From positions 670,308 to 734,307 of the forward strand of contig NIVC01000035.1 of assembly GCA_002269645.1 (NCBI GenBank): DNA of 64,000 bases, given 5' to 3'. This stretch comes from Macrostomum lignano. Lineage: Eukaryota. The notes under the pieces are model-generated. The model was not told where the DNA came from and did not search any database. It worked only from the letters and a program-made list of their open reading frames with translations. A program made the translations under genes and the position numbers. This document shows positions 1 to 13,292 of the stretch, in pieces; position 1 is the first letter of the stretch; every line of letters starts with the position of its first letter.

Positions 1-109
1 GCGATACGCATGGCTGACTCGGAACAGGGAGAAACTGGCATATTTAGCAGCGCCAGGAATTGTGAACTTGAGCTTTGTATGTGATCTGAATTGGGCCTGA
101 GGGTCGGTT

Positions 110-185
110 GTAGTGTCTGTTGTAGTGACTGTTGTAGTGACTGTTGTAGTGTCTGTTGTAGTGTCTGTTGTAGTGTCTGTTGTAG

Positions 186-228
<43 letters not shown>

Positions 229-261
229 GTGTCTGTCTGTCTGTGTGTCTGTCTGTCTGTG

Positions 262-312
<51 letters not shown>

Positions 313-321
313 GTGTCTGTG

Positions 322-357
<36 letters not shown>
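110..357. repeat. (TGTAGTGTCTGT)n grading into (GTCT)n microsatellite
   Basis: Direct inspection. Confidence 0.95.
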
Positions 358-359
<2 letters not shown>

Positions 360-734
360 CTCTCCAGATTTAATGCTTAGTCTGTCTTTCTACGGTCCAG
401 GTCTCCCTATAGGGCTGATATTTTCTCATCAATTTCGCAGAGTTCGCAGATTGCCCTTGTGCCTGTATGAGTCTCCATGAGTACTGGGTACAACTAAAGC
501 TTTTTGCTCCCATTTTCGTCTTCATTTCATTCAAACTTTGCTCAAATTTCCTTGTTGGTTTTTTCTTCAGCGCGACGGTCAAAATCCATGCTCAACTGCC
601 TCGTCCATTTCCCACACTGGGGCCTGTTCTCACAGCAAATATTGCCCTTCTGCATTCAGCAATCGGCATTCAGATTAAGTATAATTTCAAGCAGTATAAT
701 TTATAAACATTTATAAACTCTACTGCAGTTTATA

Positions 735-2207
735 CACCTCCTGACACTCACTGATCAGACACCTCCTGACACTCACTGTTCAGACACCCCTGACACTCAC
801 TGTTCAGACACCCCTGACACTCACTGATCAGACACCCCTGACACTCACTGATCAGACACCCCTGACACTCACTGATCTGACACCCCTGACACTCACTGTT
901 CAGACACCCCTGACACTGTTCAGACACCACTGACACTCACTGTTCAGACACCCCTGACACTCACTGTTCAGACACCCCTGACACTGTTCAGACACCACTG
1001 ACACTCACTGTTCAGACACCACTGACACTCACTGTTCAGACACCCCTGACACTCACTGTTCAGACACCCCTGACACTCACTGTTCAGACACCACTGACAC
1101 ACACTGTTCAGACACCCCTGACACTCACTGTTCAGACACCACTGACACACACTGTTCAGACACCACTGACACTGTTCAGACACCACTGACACTCACTGTT
1201 CAGACACCCCTGACACTCACTGTTCAGACACCCCTGACACACACTGTTCAGACACCCCTGACACTCACTGTTCAGACACCCCTGACACTCACTGTTCAGA
1301 CACCCCTGACACTCACTGTTCAGACACCACTGACACACACTGTTCAGACACCCCTGACACTCACTGTTCAGACACCACTGACACACAATGTTCAGACACC
1401 ACTGACACTGTTCAGACACCACTGACACTCACTGTTCAGACACCCCTGACACTCACTGTTCAGACATCCCTGACACTCACTGTTCAGACACCCCTGACAC
1501 TCACTGTTCAGACACCCCTGACACTCACTGTTCAGACACCCCTGACACTCACTGTTCAGACACCACTGACACACACTGTTCAGACACCCCTGACACTCAC
1601 TGTTCAGACACCCCTGACACTCACTGTTCAGACACCCCTGACACTCACTGTTCAGACACCACTGACACACACTGTTCAGACACCCCTGACACTCACTGTT
1701 CAGACACCCCTGACACTCACTGTTCAGACACCACTGACACTCACTGTTCAGACACCCCTGACACTCACTGTTCAGACACCACTGACACACACTGTTCAGA
1801 CACCCCTGACACTCACTGTTCAGACACCACTGACACTCACTGTTCAGACACCCCTGACACTCACTGTTCAGACACCACTGACACTGTTCAGACACCCCTG
1901 ACATTCACTTTTCAGACACTTCTGACACTCACTGTTCAGACACCACTGACACACACTGTTCAGACACCACTGACACACACTGTTCAGACACCACTGACAC
2001 TGTTCAGACACCCCTGACATTCACTTTTCAGACACTTCTGACACACACTGTTCAGACACCCCTGACACTCACTGTTCAGACACCACTGACACACACTGTT
2101 CAGACACCCCTGACACTCACTGTTCAGACACCACTGACACACACTGTTCAGACACCACTGACACTGTTCAGACACCCCTGACATTCACTTTTCAGACACT
2201 TCTGACA
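735..2207. repeat. 24-bp minisatellite CAGACACCCCTGACACTCACTGTT, ~60 copies
   Basis: Direct inspection; explains the CQGCLNSE ORFs. Confidence 0.97.
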
Positions 2208-2638
2208 CCAAATGATTGACAAATGCTCAACTGAAAAACTTACCAAAATGAAGAACTTTACTCACAGATCAATGAGATCAATTTTAACTTCTCACAATTG
2301 AATGGATTTGAAATTTGTCTATACAGCAACTGTCTCAATGCTTACAGGTTTTTCTTTAAAACTCAATCAATTGTTTAGCAAGCTACACAAAGGCTCAAAA
2401 CTGTACTCAAGTTGCGAGTTGATTTAGATTGAGCCAACCTTATACTAAGCTATTGAGTTGGCTCAAATTGTACAGCCTTCCCAGCTTTTAGAATTACTTT
2501 CAACCCCAAGTCCACTGGGTAGGCTGGCTTGGTCAGTCAATAATTCTCTCTTCCCCACCCTGAAAGTCCATCTCTGACCAATTCTATAAATATAATCCAC
2601 CGCTGCTAATAGGTGAGCGTGCTCAACTATGGACTCGC

Positions 2639-2652
2639 GTTGCCATGGAGAC
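2639..2652. promoter_or_regulatory. RFX X-box motif
   Basis: GTTGCCATGGAGAC (reverse complement GTCTCCATGGCAAC) fits the X-box consensus and sits in a locally GC/CpG-rich unique stretch. Confidence 0.5.
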
Positions 2653-2964
2653 GACCGCGGTTGGATTTCGGGGTAGGGGGAGGAAGCGATTTTAGTGGAG
2701 TGGGAAGCGCAGAAGAAATTATCCCAATAGTGGCCACTACTTATTGTTGAGCACCTGTCTGCTAGAGAGAAAGAGGGTGACAGCTCAATTGTGGTTTGAT
2801 TGACGTCTTATCTGAAGGATATTTGAGAAGCATATTACCCGTATATTGATAAGAATCGATTCAAACTGATTGTATTTTTATCAGCAGCTGTGTGAATTTA
2901 AAGAAGAATTAAAAAATGAAATAAAAAATTTGCGTAGCCGATACGTTGGAGAGGGAAAATGACA

Positions 2965-3320
2965 GCGAGAGCGAGAGGGAGAGGGAGAGGGAGAGGGAGA
3001 GGGAGAGGGAGAGGGGGGAGAGGGAGAGGGAGAGGGAGAGGGGACGGAAAAGGAGAGGGAGAGGGAGACGGAGAGGGGGACGGAAAAGGAGAGGGAGAGG
3101 GAGACGGACAGGGAGAGGGAGAGGGAGAGGGAGAGGGAGAGGGAGAGGGAGACGGACAGGGAGAGGGAGAGGGAGAGGGAGAGGGAGAGGGAGAGGGAGA
3201 CGGAGAGGGGGACGGAAAAGGAGAGGGAGAGGGAGACGGACAGGGAGAGGGAGAGGGAGAGGGAGAGGGAGACGGAGAGGGAGAGGGAGAGGGAGAGGGA
3301 GAGGGAGACGGAGACGGAGA
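2965..3320. repeat. (GAGAGG)n purine microsatellite
   Basis: Direct inspection. Confidence 0.95.
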
Positions 3321-3809
3321 AGTGTAAAGTGAAGTTGGGAGATAAGAGGAGGTAGAGTTTAACAGAGTGAGAGGTGGTGTAGAAGGGATTTCCAGAAGAT
3401 GGAGAGGAAGCGGACAGTGAGTTATAGAGAAGTAAAGGCAGTGAGTGATGAGATAGGCATGAGAGCTGCAACCAGGTCAGAACTAGATTCAGTTTAGTTG
3501 CAAGCACCAGCATATACTCGCAGCAGCACAGTTCCTCTGGACCGAGAGGCCGAATAGAAGTGCAGACAGGCATATAAAGGTTAGGCGCTCATTTGTTTGC
3601 AAATTAAATTTTCTGACCTCTCGCTAACTTAGTCTGGCTCTCTGCGGCGCTGAGCTTAAAAAACCTTAAAAGACCCGAAAGCAGTTTTTGCCTGCGGGTA
3701 AAAATGTATTGCAGCAGGCAGTCCTGCTGTGTCATACGCTCTTAGTTCCTTTCAAATCACAGGATTTCTGATCTGTTCTCTTCACCGGAGAGAGAAAAGG
3801 GACAGTGAT

Positions 3810-5040
3810 AAGAGAGAGAGAGAGGGAGAGAGGGTAGAAGGTCGAAGGGGGGAGGGAGAGAGGGAGAGAGGGAGAGAGGGAGAGAGGGAGAGAGGGAGAG
3901 AGGGAGAGAGGGGAGAGAGTGAGAGGGGAGAGAGATGAGAGAGTGAAAGGGGAGAGGGAGAGAGTGAGAGGGGAGAGAGTGAGAGGGGGAGAGGGAGAGA
4001 GGGAGAGAGTTGTAGTGAGTTGCAAGTGTACTTGTATGCGCCAGTCGCTGGAGCGGGGTTGGGGGTTGCTATTGTACAGCATGTACGTGCTTTCCACCCA
4101 CCCCTGTCTCTATCTTTCTACCCAATTATATAACCATCTTTGTATCGAGGGAGAGAGGGGAGAGGAGGAGAAGGAGAGAGAGAGGGAGAGAGGGGGAGAG
4201 GGGTGAGGGGGAGAGGGGTGAGGGGAGAGGGGTGAGGGGGAGAGGGGTGAGGCGAGAGGGGTGAGGGGGAGAGGGGTGAGGCGAGAGGGGTGAGGGGGAG
4301 AGGGGTGAGGCGAGAGGGGTGAGGGGAGAGGGTGAGGGGGAGAGGTGAGGGGAGAGAGGTGAGGGGAGAAGGGTGAGGGGGAGAGGAGTGAGGGGGAGAG
4401 GGGTGAGGGGGAGAGGGGTGAGGCGAGAGAGGGGTGAGGAAGAGAGGGAGAGAGAGAGGGAGAGAGGGGGAGAGGCGTGAGGGGGAGAGGGTGAGGGGGA
4501 GAGGGGTGAGGCGAGAGGGGTGAGGGGTGAGGGGGAGAGGGGTGAGGGGAGAGAGGTGAGGGGAGAGGGGTGAGGCGAGAGGGGTGAGGGGAGAGGGGTG
4601 AGGCGAGAGGGGTGAGGGGGAGAGGGGTGAGGCGAGAGGGGTGAGGGGGAGAGGGGTGAGGGGAGAGGTGAGGGGAGAGAGGTGAGGGGAGAGGGGTGAG
4701 GGGAGAGGAGTGAGGGGAGAGGGGTGAGGGGGAGAGGGGTGAGGCGAGAGAGGGGTGAGGAAGAGAGGGAGAGAGAGAGGGAGAGAGGGGGAGAGGCGTG
4801 AGGGGGAGAGGGGTGAGGGGGAGAGGGGTGAGGCGAGAGGGGTGAGGGGTGAGGGGGAGGGGGTGAGGGGAGAGAGGTGAGGGGGAGAGGGGTGAGGGGG
4901 AGAGGGGTGAGGGGAGAGAGGTGAGGGGAGAGGGGTGAGGGGGAGAGGGGTGAGGGGGAGAGGGGTGAGGGGGAGAGGGGTGAGGGGGAGAGGGTGAGGG
5001 GGAGAGGGGTGAGGGGGAGAGGGGTGAGGGAGAGAGGTAA
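3810..5040. repeat. G-rich polypurine repeats, mainly GGGGTGAGGGGGAGA-type units (two blocks, 3810-4010 and 4147-5040)
   Basis: Direct inspection. Confidence 0.9.
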
Positions 5041-5320
5041 GTAGCGGAAGATAAATATAATAAGAGGGAGATAAGTAGCGGACATGTCAAAATATTTCCG
5101 GTCGTAATTATATATTTTTTTCGAAAATAGGTCGTAATAAAATCGAATTATAACAAAAAACATTCGCGGCTCAACACGGCCATAAAGCATCAAATCTATA
5201 CAAATTCTTAAGAAATACAAAAGTAAAGCATCGCGCTGACAAACTACTCACAGTAGACGATGCGCAGTTTATTTTCTAATAAATAATAAAAAATCAAACA
5301 ATCCAAAGAGTTGCTAAGGC

Positions 5321-8300
5321 CTACTTCTTGCCCGACTTAGTCGATTTCTTTTTCGACTGCTTCTTGGCATGGTGCTTGCGGCCTTTGGCTGGCGTTGGTG
5401 ACTTCTTATTGCCGAGCGGAGTCTCCACCGATAGCGGCTTCAGCAGTGTGGGCGGTGCAGCATCTACAGGAGCAGCCACAACTCCCGAGTCGGTGGCCCG
5501 ACGCCCGAAGAAGACATCAGCCAGTGACACCGTGCCGAGTTCTTCGCTGACTCTCTGCCTCGGTGCGCCCTCAGTCAGGATGTCATTGTGATATGACTTC
5601 AGCCTCTGCTGCAGGTTGCGCTCCTGGATCTTCATCATCCGCTCCTTGCGACGCTGGTCCGAAAGCCTTCGCTGAACTTCCTGGATTGGGATTGGGGATT
5701 GAGTTGCTGTTGCTATGACTCAAGCTCGAAACTTCTCAAGCTCGAAATTTCTCAAACTCGAAACTTCTCAAACTCGAAACTTCTCAAACTCAAAACTTCT
5801 CAAACTCGAAACTTCTCAAACTCGAAACTTCTCAAGCTCGAAACTTCTCAAACTCGAAACTTCTCAAACTCGAAACTTCTCAAACTCAAAACTTCTCAAA
5901 CTCGAAACTTCTCAAACTCGAAACTTCTCAAACTCGAAACTTCTCAAACTCGAAACTTCTCAAACTCGAAACTTCTCAAACTCAAAACTTCTCAAACTCG
6001 AAACTTCTCAAACTCGAAACTTCTCAAACTCGAAACTTCTCAAACTCGAAACTTCACTGTTGTCATCCGCAGCAACTGGATTGGTAATCTATGAGCATAG
6101 TTTGATCATAGATGAAGTATTATAATATATGTAGATTGCTAGCCCATCTCACTTGTAGTTGATGTCGCCCTTCAGCTTCTCTTCTTTGTTGCGACCTTCT
6201 CCGCCCTTTTTCAGCTGGTAGATTAGCTCCTCCACCTCATTCTCTTTGAGTTTAATTCCTGCTTTCTGCAATTGTTGCAAAAATAACCTGAATTTTGAAT
6301 TGCAAATCATCATAGGTAATTTATTTGGATTAAGTGACGTCCTAGTCTAAAAGGTAATAAACAGTTTAACAGGTAACAAAACAGTCTAACAGGTAACACA
6401 ACAGTCTAACAGGTAACACAACAGTCTAACAGGTAACACAACAGTCTAACAAACTGGTAAAACAACAGTCCAACAGGTAACACAACAGTCTAACAGGTAA
6501 CACAACAGTCTAACAGGTAACACAACGGTCTAACAAACTGGTAAAACAACAGTCCAACAGGTAACACAACAGTCTAACAGGTAACACAACAGTCTAACAG
6601 GTAACGCAACAGTCTAACAGGTAACACAACAGTCTAACAGGTAACACAACAGTCTAACAAACTGGTAAAACAACAGTCCAACAAGTAACACAACAGTCTA
6701 ACAGGTAACACAACAGTCTAACAGGTAACACAACAGTCTAACAAACTGGTAAAACAACAGTCCAACAGGTAACACAACAGTCTAACAGGTAACGCAACAG
6801 TCTAACAGGTAACACAACAGTCTAACAAACTGGTAAAACAACAGTCTAACAAGTAACACAACAGTCTAACAGGTAACACAACAGTCTAACAGGTAACACA
6901 ACAGTCTAACAAACTGGTAAAACAACAGTCCAACAGGTAACACAACAGTCTAACAGGTAACACAACAGTCTAACTGGTAAAACAACAGTCCAACAGGTAA
7001 CACAACAGTCTAACAGGTAACACATCAGTCTAACAGGTAACACATCAGTCTAACAGGTAACACATCAGTCTAACAGGTAACACAACAGTCTAACAGGTAA
7101 CACATCAGTCTAACAGGTAACAAAACAGTCTAACAGGTAACACATCAGTCTAACAGGTAACATATCAGTCTAACAGTTAACACATCAGTCTAGCAGGTAA
7201 CACATCAGTCTAGCAGGTAACACATCAGTCTAACAGGTAACACATCAGTCTACCAGGTAACACATCAGTCTAACAGGTAACACAACAGTCTAACTGGTAA
7301 AACAACAGTCTAACAGGTAACACAACAGTCTAACAGGTAACACACCCAGTAAAACAACTGACACCCTGACTTCCTCACCTGCAGCCTGGCCGTGAACTGG
7401 CCCTTTCCCATCTGCAGCATAACACTTTTATCAAACGTCCTGAGCAGTTCCAACGGCCTGAGCTGAAACCGCTCCATGTACTCAACTACCTGGGCCATGG
7501 GGTCGCGTCGCTGCTCCATTCTCTGGCCAATCAGATCGTGCGAGGGCAGGACTCCGTCGTGAAGGCAGCGAAATTCCCGACCAGCTCCAATTGTTTGAGC
7601 AAGCATTTCGAAATCGTTCGCAACACTGTTGCCCTGGGATGGAGTGGGATGGGGGTTCATTAGCTCCTTTGCTAAAATTCTAGATGTAAGACTGAGTGGA
7701 GGGGTAGATTCAGAGGGGTAGATTTAGAGAGGTAGATTTAAAGGGGTAGATTTAGAGAAGTAGATTCAGAGGGGTAGATTCAGAGGGATAGATTCAGAGG
7801 GATAGATTAAGAGGGGTAGATTCAGAGGGTAGCTTCAGAAAGGTAGATATAGAGGGATAGATTCAGAGGGGTAGATTTAGAGGGGTAGATTCAGAGGGGT
7901 AGCTTCAGAAGGGTAGATATAGAGGGTTAAATTCAGAGGGGTAGATTTAGAGGGGTAGATTTAGAGGGATAGATTCAGAGGGGTAGCTTCAGAAAGGTAG
8001 ATTCAGAGGGTTAGATTCAGAGGGGTAGATTTAGAGAGGTAGATTTAGAGGGGTAGATTCAGAGGGGTAGATTCAGAGGGCTAGATTCAGAGGAGTAGAT
8101 TCAGAGGGGTAGATTCAGAGGAGTAGATTCAGAGGAATAGATTTAGAGGGGTAGATTTAGAGGGGTAGATTCAGAGGGGTAGCTTCAGAAAGGTAGATAT
8201 AGAGGGTTAGATTCAAAGGGGTAGATTTAGAGGGGTAGATTTAGAGGGGTAGATTCAGAGGGGTAGATTTAGAGGGGTAGATTCAGAGGGATAGATTCAG

Positions 8301-11300
8301 AGGGGAAGCTTCAGAAAGGTAGATTCAGAGGGTTAGATTCAGAGGAGTAGATTCAGAGGAGTAGATTCAGAGGGCTAGATTCAGAGGGGTAGATTCAGAG
8401 GGGTAGATTCAGAGGGGTAGATTTAGAGCGGTAGATTTAGAGGGGTAGATTCAGAGGGGTAGATTCAGAGGGGTAGATTCAGAGGGGTAGATTCAGAGGG
8501 TTAGATTCAGAGGGGTAGATTTAGAGGGGTAGATTCAGAGGGGTAGATTTAGAGGGGTAGATTTAGAGGGGTAGATTCAGAGGGGTAGATTCAGAGGGGT
8601 AGATTCAGAGGGGTAGATTCAGAGGGGTAGATTCAGAGGGTTAGATTCAGAGGGGTAGATTCAGAGGGGTAGATTCAGAGGGGTAGATTTAGAGGGGTAG
8701 ATTCAGAGGGGTAGATTCAGAGGGTTAGATTCAGAGGGGTAGATTCAGAGGGGTAGATTCAGAGGGGTAAGAAACAAAAGGATTTGTGTAGATTTCGTGG
8801 GCGATCATGCAAATATTTCAGAAACGAAGTCTGCTTCTTATAATGCTACTAATGCAATAGTGCACTTTGATTTGCTTTCTTATTTTCTCATATTTATTAT
8901 TATTGAATCGTTACCCTCAAATCCAGTAGGCTGATGGAGCAGTTCAGGCCGGTCAGGGACTCCAGGATGTCCATACAGCCGGTGGTTGACAATGGATTGC
9001 CACCGATCTGAAGTTAACGAATGAGTGAGTGAGTGAGTGAGTGAGTGAGTGAGTGAGTGAGTGAGTGAGTGAGTGAGTGAGTGAGTGAGTGAGTGAGTGA
9101 GTGAGTGAGTGAGTGAGTGAGTGAGTGAGTGAGTGAGTGAGTGAGTGAGTGAGTGAGTGAGTGAGTGAGTGAGTGAGTGAGTGAGTGAGTGAGTGAGTGA
9201 GTGAGTGAGTGAGTGAGTGAGTGAGTGAGTGAGTGAGCGTGTGAGTGAGTGAGTGAGTGAGTGAGTGAGTGAGTGAGTGAGTGAGTGAGTGAGTGAGTGA
9301 GTGAGTGAGTGAGTGAGTGAGTGAGTGAGTGAGTGAGTGAGTGAATGAGTGAGTGAGTGAGTGAGTGAGTGAGTGAGTGAGTGAGTGAGTGAGTGAGTGA
9401 GTGAGTGAGTGAGTGAGTGAGTGAGTGAATGAGTGAGTGAGTGAGTGAGTGAGTGAGTGAGTGAGTGAGTGAGTGAGTGAGTGAGTGAGTGAGTGAGTGA
9501 GTGAGTGAGTGAGTGAGTGAGTGAGTGAGTGAGTGAGTGAGTGAGTGAGTGAGTGAGTGAGTGAGTGAGTGAGTGAGTGAGTGAGTGAGTGAGTGAGTGA
9601 GTGAGTGAGTGAGTGAGTGAGTGAGTGAGTGAGTGAGTGAGTGAGTGTGTGAGTGAGTGAGTGAGTGAGTGAATGAGTGAGTGTGTGAGTGAGTGAGTGA
9701 GTGAGTGAGTGAGTGAGCGTGTGAGTGAGTGAGTGAGTGAGTGAGTGAGTGAGTGAGTGAGTGAGTGAGTGAGTGTGTGAGTGAGTGAGTGAGTGAGTGA
9801 GTGAGTGAGTGAGTGAGTGAGTGCAGAGCTCACCCTCAGCGTCTCCAGATAGCAGTTGGCCCGCAGGCCGTTGGCCACCAGGGTGGCGCCCTGCCAGTTG
9901 ATGCGGCAGTGGCTCACGTCCAGCTCCCGGACGTATTTGTTGCCCTTCAGCAGCTCGGCGAGTGCCAGCGCCCCCTCGTAGCCGAAGCCGTTCCAGGCCA
10001 GGCTGACCTGCGCCAGGCTGACATTCCGTCGAACGCCCTGACAGAGGCCGACTGCGCCAACTTTGCGCGCCCGGCACCAGCTGATGTCCAGCTCCTCCAG
10101 GATGAAGTTCTCGGCCAGAGCTCGGCCGATGTACAAGGCGCCAGTCTCCGAGAATCTGTTGTTGCTGATGTTCAACCGGCGAACTGATTCGTTCTCTTCG
10201 ATGCCGAGGGCGATGAACTTGCCGCCTTCTTCGCCGATCTGGTTGCCTGCAAGCGATGATTGATGTTTGATGATTGATGATTGATGATTGATGATTGATT
10301 ATTGATTATTGATGATTAATGATTGATGATTGATGATTGATGATTGATGATTGATGATTGATGATTGATGATTGATGATTGATGATTGATGATTGATGAT
10401 TGATGATTGATGATTGATGTTTGATGATTGATGATTGATGTTTGATGTTTGATGATTGATGTTTGATGATTGATGATTGATGATTGATGATTGATGATTG
10501 ATGATTGATGATTGATGATTAATGATTGATGATTGATGATTGATGATTGATGATTGATGATTAATGATTGATGATTGATGATTAATGATTGATGATTGAT
10601 GATTGATGATTGATGATTGATGATTGATGATTGATGATTGATGATTGATGATTGATGTTTGATGATTGATGATTGATGTTTGATGATTGATGATTGATGA
10701 TTGATGATTGATGATTGATGATTGATGATTGATGATTGATGATTAATGATTGGTCATTGATCTTTGATGTTTGATGTTTAATGTTTGATTTGCGGTGTAT
10801 CATGCATGAATGAGTTTTTGTCAGGTTTGAAAACCTTGCATTGGAAATAATCAGCTTCTTACTACTCAAGTCCAGCGTGTGAATTGTTGCATTGGCCTTC
10901 ATCATGTCTGCCACAGCAATGGAACCCTTGTCTCCGATGCAGTTTGAGGCCAGAATCTGAAACATTCAAAATTCACGCTTGTATTACATCTCTCTCACCC
11001 ACATCACTCCCGTCCCTCACATCCACATCACTCCCGTCCCTCTCACCCACCTCACTCCCGTCCCTCTCACCCACCTCACTCCCGTCCCTCTCACCCACCT
11101 CACTCCCGTCCCTCACATCCACATCACTCCCGTCCCTCTCACCCACCTCACTCCCGTCCCTCACATCCACATCACTCCCGTCCCTCTCACCCACCTCACT
11201 CCCGTCCCTCACATCCACATCACTCCCGTCCCTCTCACCCACCTCACTCCCTTCCCTCTCACCCACCTCACTCCGTCCCTCACATCCACATCACTCCCGT

Positions 11301-12715
11301 CCCTCTCACCCACCTCACTCCGTCCCTCACATCCACATCACTCCCGTCCCTCTCACCCACCTCACTCCCGTCCCTCACATCCACATCACTCCCGTCCCTC
11401 TCACCCACCTCACTCCCTTCCCTCTCACCCACCTCACTCCGTCCCTCTCACCCACCTCACTCCCGTCCCTCTCACCCACCTCATTCCCGTCTCTCTCACC
11501 CACCTCACTCCCGTCTCTTTCACCCACCTCACTCCCCGTCTCTCTCACCCACCTCACTCCCGTCTCTTTCACCCACCTCATTCCCGACTCTCTCACCAGC
11601 CTCACTCCCGTCTCTTTCACCCACCTCATTCCCGTCTCTCTCACCCACCTCACTCCCGTCTCTTTCACCCACCTCACTCCCCGTCTCTCTTACCCACCTC
11701 ACTCCCCCGTTAGCACGACAGCACATGAACTCACCAGCTCCTGCACAGTGGTGTTCACTTTCAGCACCCTGGCAAGGCACAGCATGCCTTCCGCATCAAT
11801 TCCGTTGCAAGTGAAATCGAGCTTAGTTACGTTGCTATTAACCTGCGACAAGTAAAGCAGTTATGATGACACAATGTTTAATAACTATTGAAAACAAAGC
11901 CTATATCCGTGTACCATCCGGAATAAAAGGCAATCCAGACAGATCCCAAATTTTTCGATCTCATCTCACCCTGAGCGCCAGACTGACGGGCCTCAAAGAT
12001 TTCGATCCCATGTAGCGATTCCTCAAGCTCAGCGTCTCCAACGACAAACCGTTGAGCACTCGGCCCTGCTCGGTGAGTCTCGACTCTCTGCAGGTGTCCA
12101 GATATACCGTCTGACTGCGGCTCAGCTGCTTCGGAGGCTCCCTGCCCGACATCAGAGCGAGCTCATCTTTTGTTCGGGTTCGACGCTCGCTCTTGAAACT
12201 GCAGCGCTCGGCCTGCTGCTCCTCCGCTGTATGTTGAGAAGGGGGTGATCGGAGTGTTCTTCAGAGTGTCTTCAGTGTGTTTTCTCACTCTAATTCTCAA
12301 TCTCCACCACTCGCTCTGTTTTTCAATCTCCCCCACTCGCTCTCCTTCTCAATCTCCCCCTCGCTCTCCTTCTCAATCAGACTCACTCTCTCCTTCTCAA
12401 TCTCCCCCACTCGCTCTCCTTCTCAATCAGACTCACTCTCTCCTTCTCAATCTCCCCCACTCGCTCTCCTTCTCAATCAGACTCACTCTCTCCTTCTCAA
12501 TCTCCCCCACTCGCTCTCCTTCTCAATCTGACTCACTCTCTCCTTCTCAATCTCCCTCACTCTCCTTCTCAATCTCCGTCACGCTCACCGCTGACATCCA
12601 GATCCGTGTCAGACTCGTCGCTATTCAGAGGCGACAGGGTCAGCTTCATCATGGCCTCGGCGAAGATTGAATCATCGTGAATTGACGAACGGGCAGGTTC
12701 AGCTGCCTTTGCCAT
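5321..12715 (-). CDS. LRRC74: Leucine-rich repeat protein of the LRRC74A/B type (RNI-like LRRs followed by a C-terminal EF-hand-like helical region and a basic tail); spliced, at least 8 coding exons
   Basis: Exons (minus strand, all GT-AG): 12589-12715 (MAKAAEPARSS...), 11970-12226 (VYLDTCRES...LSLRNRYMGSKSLRPVSLALR), 11735-11842 (VNSNVTKLDFTCNGIDAEG), 10863-10956 (ILASNCIGDKG), 9834-10246 (SNQIGEEGG...LDISWC...LAWNGFGYEGALALAELL), 8915-9007 (IGGNPLSTTG), 7379-7633 (DPMAQVVEYMERFQLRPLELLRTFD), 6153-6265 (KAGIKLKENEVEELI...GDINYK), 5321-5680 (EVQRR...KSGKK*). Phases are consistent except at the last junction (see findings). By recall, motif order is colinear with vertebrate LRRC74A (YLEACK...LGPRGTKAIAIAL...LDLSWN...LSMNGFG...NPMKLIQSY). 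Confidence 0.8.
5717..6054. repeat. 16-bp minisatellite AAACTTCTCAAACTCG (intron of LRR gene)
   Basis: Direct inspection. Confidence 0.95.
6357..7340. repeat. 20-bp minisatellite AACAGTCTAACAGGTAACAC (intron of LRR gene)
   Basis: Direct inspection; a recurrent variant unit ...AACAAACTGGTAAAAC is interspersed. Confidence 0.95.
7700..8768. repeat. 14-bp minisatellite AGGGGTAGATTCAG (intron of LRR gene)
   Basis: Direct inspection. Confidence 0.95.
9021..9822. repeat. (GAGT)n microsatellite, ~200 units, filling almost the whole intron
   Basis: Direct inspection. Confidence 0.97.
10255..10790. repeat. (GATTGAT)n heptamer repeat (intron)
   Basis: Direct inspection. Confidence 0.95.
10990..11705. 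repeat. 24-bp minisatellite CACTCCCGTCCCTCTCACCCACCT (intron)
   Basis: Direct inspection. Confidence 0.95.
12290..12580. repeat. CT-rich minisatellite (CTCTCCTTCTCAATC-based) in LRR intron 1
   Basis: Direct inspection. Confidence 0.9.
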
Positions 12716-13163
12716 TTCCAACGTAGTTGGTAAAACTTTTCTTGATTGGAATTTTGTCTGACAATTCCCTTCTAGCTTTTCAAAAGCTTGGACAAATGCA
12801 AAGCAACAGTTTAATAAGGTGGACTGGGCCTCTGCTTCTGGGGGAACTCACTGGCCAATGAGAATGCCTGTGCCCGTATCTGGGCCTCCCTGCTCATTTA
12901 TAGTGGCGCTTCCAACTCCCTCCCTCTGTTCTACATCTCTCAGCTCTCTGCCCATGCGCCCCCCACTGTATTTCTATAGTAACATTTAATTTTCCAAATG
13001 AAATGCTTCAGCATTGAGTGCGCAAGGCAAAAAAACCAGCGCACTAAACTGCAATTAGTAGAATGGTAGATTACGATAAAAAAGATGGGACTCAGGATTC
13101 TGTTCCTCCAAAGCTTCCCCAATGTTTGTCCATCGCTTCCACATGCTAGACGGGAAGTGCTAG

Positions 13164-13292
<129 letters not shown>

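Noticed and set aside
361-700. E/K-rich coding-looking stretch on the minus strand
   Set aside because: Multiple stops in every frame, no convincing splice pair and no recognisable motif.
3330-3573. Cys/His-containing frame reminiscent of a LINE C-terminal zinc knuckle
   Set aside because: The spacing does not fit CCHC and there is no adjacent RT sequence; too weak to call.
91-5220. Long ORFs in the track (SVCL, CQGCLNSE, ER/GR/GE and PSPL repeats)
   Set aside because: They are translations of micro- and minisatellites open in several frames on both strands, with no splice or family support.
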